The translations under genes and the position numbers were made by a program. From Isurus oxyrinchus (lineage: Eukaryota), in the NCBI GenBank assembly GCA_026770705.1, contig JANJGN010000047.1, positions 4,216,001 to 4,280,000 of the forward strand: DNA of 64,000 bases, written 5' to 3'. How positions within the stretch are numbered: the first letter of the stretch is position 1; each line of letters starts with the position of its first letter. Of the stretch, positions 61,701 to 64,000 are shown piece after piece. Below the pieces are notes generated by a model. That model saw only the letters and a list, made by a program, of their open reading frames with translations. It did not search any database and had not been told where the DNA came from.

Positions 61701-63858
61701 ATCTCGTTATACTCCATGTCACTTTGTATCAGGATTTTAAACTCACTTGTATCTAGAATGTATGAAAACGTTATTCAGTTTTGTAAGTATTGGATAAATG
61801 GTTAGTAGTTTTCTAACGTTAGTAACTATTAATCCAACATAAATACATTGGGTGGGAAATATATATATATATTTTAAATTTGCAATAGTAGATTGCGAGC
61901 CTCATCAGTCCTGAGCTTATTGGAGAACATAACACGAATAATTTCTTTTTTAATTCATTTTGCTCGCAATTCTACCGTGCAGTTTGTGACAGCTATTGAA
62001 ATCAGGCCTCATAGCTTGGGAACTGTTTTCATCACTACCTATCGAATAATCCCTCATGAGAAAAATATATCAATTAACATTTTGTGTTAGCTGGATTTAT
62101 AACCCTTATATTAGTCCTGTAATCAATGTTAACGATCTACATAATCCGTGACCCTAAGTCTCATTCTGGGAGTTAAATTCCCGTGCAAGGAACTGCTCAT
62201 CTTTTCATAATTTAGGATATGTTCCGTGACATCCTTGCCTGTATTTGTTTTTCTGTGGCTCCCGGGATATGTAGTCATTTGATCTGCCAGCAATTGTTGC
62301 CCGGCCCCAGCTTCCCCAGATAAAACTGTTCCAAATCGTCTTTTTGAAGCCCAGCAATGTCTGAGGTTCACTTAAACGCATCATAATGTTAAGGAGGGAA
62401 GCCAATGCAGTGAAGGAAAATCGATATAGTTCCAAGTCAGCATTGTGACTGGCGTGGAGTTTCGGCGTGTGGGGTGTTGGGGGGAACCTTAAGTTTGTGG
62501 TACTACCATTCGCCTGCTGCTCGTGTTCAGCGAGGCATTTACGCTCGCCAGTCTGGAAAGAGCTGCTGAAAGAGACTTGGCATGTTGTTGCAGTGAATCT
62601 TGTAAATGCGATAGCGACTGATAGAGGAGATGCTTGGACAGCCAATCAAGGGCGTTCCTGTAATGCAGATTGTGTGGAATTCCTTGAGCATTGTTGCGAC
62701 TTCCATTACTAAGACAATTACAAACTATTGCATCACACTCATGACTTTTACATTCTAATTAGGCGCAGGCTTTCGGCAGAAATATTTTAGCCTAGTCAAT
62801 TTTTCCAGGAAAGGTGACACAAGGTTACTGGGGCAGGTTATTCAACAATGAATATGTCACACATATTAATGGATTTCTACTGTGTTGTGATACGGTGCAA
62901 GAGTCAATCAATATGGAGCATTAAAAAAATTGTACAGGATGTATTGGATATGTACTTGCTGGTAGTTTAAAACTAAAGGAGAAAATAAAAAGAAGGCGTT
63001 GGATTTTGGCAACATCAAAAGAGAAATTGCTGGAAAAACCCAGCAGACCCGAGAACATCTGTGGAGAGAGTCAACATTTCGATTCTATATGGTCCTTCTT
63101 TAGGTCTGGATGAAGGCGGTTCAAGTTTTCATGCTGGATAATTGAGCAGGACCAATGTGGCTGGCATTCTGTCGTTCTGCATTCTGTAATGCCCAAAGTG
63201 CGTGACTTACTTCAACTACAGGAAAGCCTCACACGCCCTTAGCAACTCTACACTGACAGCAAAGATTACCCCCCAAATCCCCATTCTTGTGTTAGGCTTT
63301 GACAGAACCGTGAGGTTAATCTTTCAGAATGCGGTAGCGCCAGAGAATAATGGGATCATTTGAAGTGGGAGAAGGAAAACTGGGAATTTTGCAAGGAGGT
63401 GCAGCAATCCATCTGAGGGCTGGAATCAGTGTCAAATGTTCTACAAAACAGCAAATTTGGAATTTAGAGAGATTAGAAGGTTATTCAGGTAAAATTAAAA
63501 AAAAACTAACACCTTTTGGAAAAGGTTAACGCTCTGTCAATGGTGTGAAACTAACAAATCGAAAGTGACCAAGAAACCGACAGGTCACAATGTCAACAAA
63601 AACGAACGGGGTCATGAGGGCAACGTACCATCGATAGAATGTCGGAGGGGCTATATATAGTGAGAAGTTGATCTCTCAGATGGCGTATTCTCCAGAACTC
63701 CTGCAAAAATGTTGACATGTTAGCAAGATGAACTTGATGTTGAGGCTGCATCGGTTGTTTTTTTGGGAGTGGGGAACAGGAGAAATCACCTTCTACCTTC
63801 CGATAACAATGGGAACTTTGGCCTTTGCGAATTTTGTTAGCATAATGTTCTTGCAACC
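58750..63858 (-). pseudogene. Probable decayed guanylate-binding protein (GBP)-like pseudogene; exon remnants begin near 63858, 61265, 60579, 59535, 59320 and 58841
   Basis: Each remnant follows a minus-strand ag acceptor. Translations resemble successive GBP segments in the correct order, e.g. SLQQFFDLED...PGDYYAFAFNKVNLLREPY and RDKTQQKNIRQLQE. Many stops and frameshifts. Confidence 0.5.
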
Positions 63859-64000
63859 CTTTGGTTCAAAGGACAAAATAACCTCGTTGTTGCTTTTAAG
63901 AAATAACATTTCTTGCACAAATGCAGCAGGAACATTAGGTGGACACTCCGGGGTGAATCCACACAGGACAATCCATTCTGTCCAGATATTCTATATCCCA

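Overview
Vertebrate genomic DNA. The repeat content (CR1-type LINEs, Penelope-like elements, Deu-domain SINEs) and a GPR139-like receptor remnant point to a cartilaginous fish; this is an inference. The first ~24 kb (+ strand) holds the 3' part of a multi-exon type I membrane scavenger-receptor cysteine-rich (SRCR group B) gene of CD163/WC1/SCART-like architecture. It has seven SRCR exons (315-318 bp, all phase 1-1), a Pro/Ser/Thr linker exon, a transmembrane exon with Cys-Glu inside the helix, and cytoplasmic exons carrying YEEI, EYYT and DYDDA motifs; its 3' end is ambiguous and may be truncated. The rest is retroelement-rich intergenic DNA with a GPR139-like GPCR pseudogene (+, ~46.5-47.3 kb) and a probable decayed guanylate-binding protein (GBP)-like pseudogene (-, ~58.7-63.9 kb). 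Most notable: a ~1.5 kb CR1 LINE copy with pervasive sense-strand A-to-G changes (ADAR-like signature), two palindromic Penelope-end insertions with target-site duplications and minimal hammerhead-ribozyme motifs, and two minisatellites born from retroelement sequence. Family assignments are by eye from recalled consensus sequences; no searches were run.
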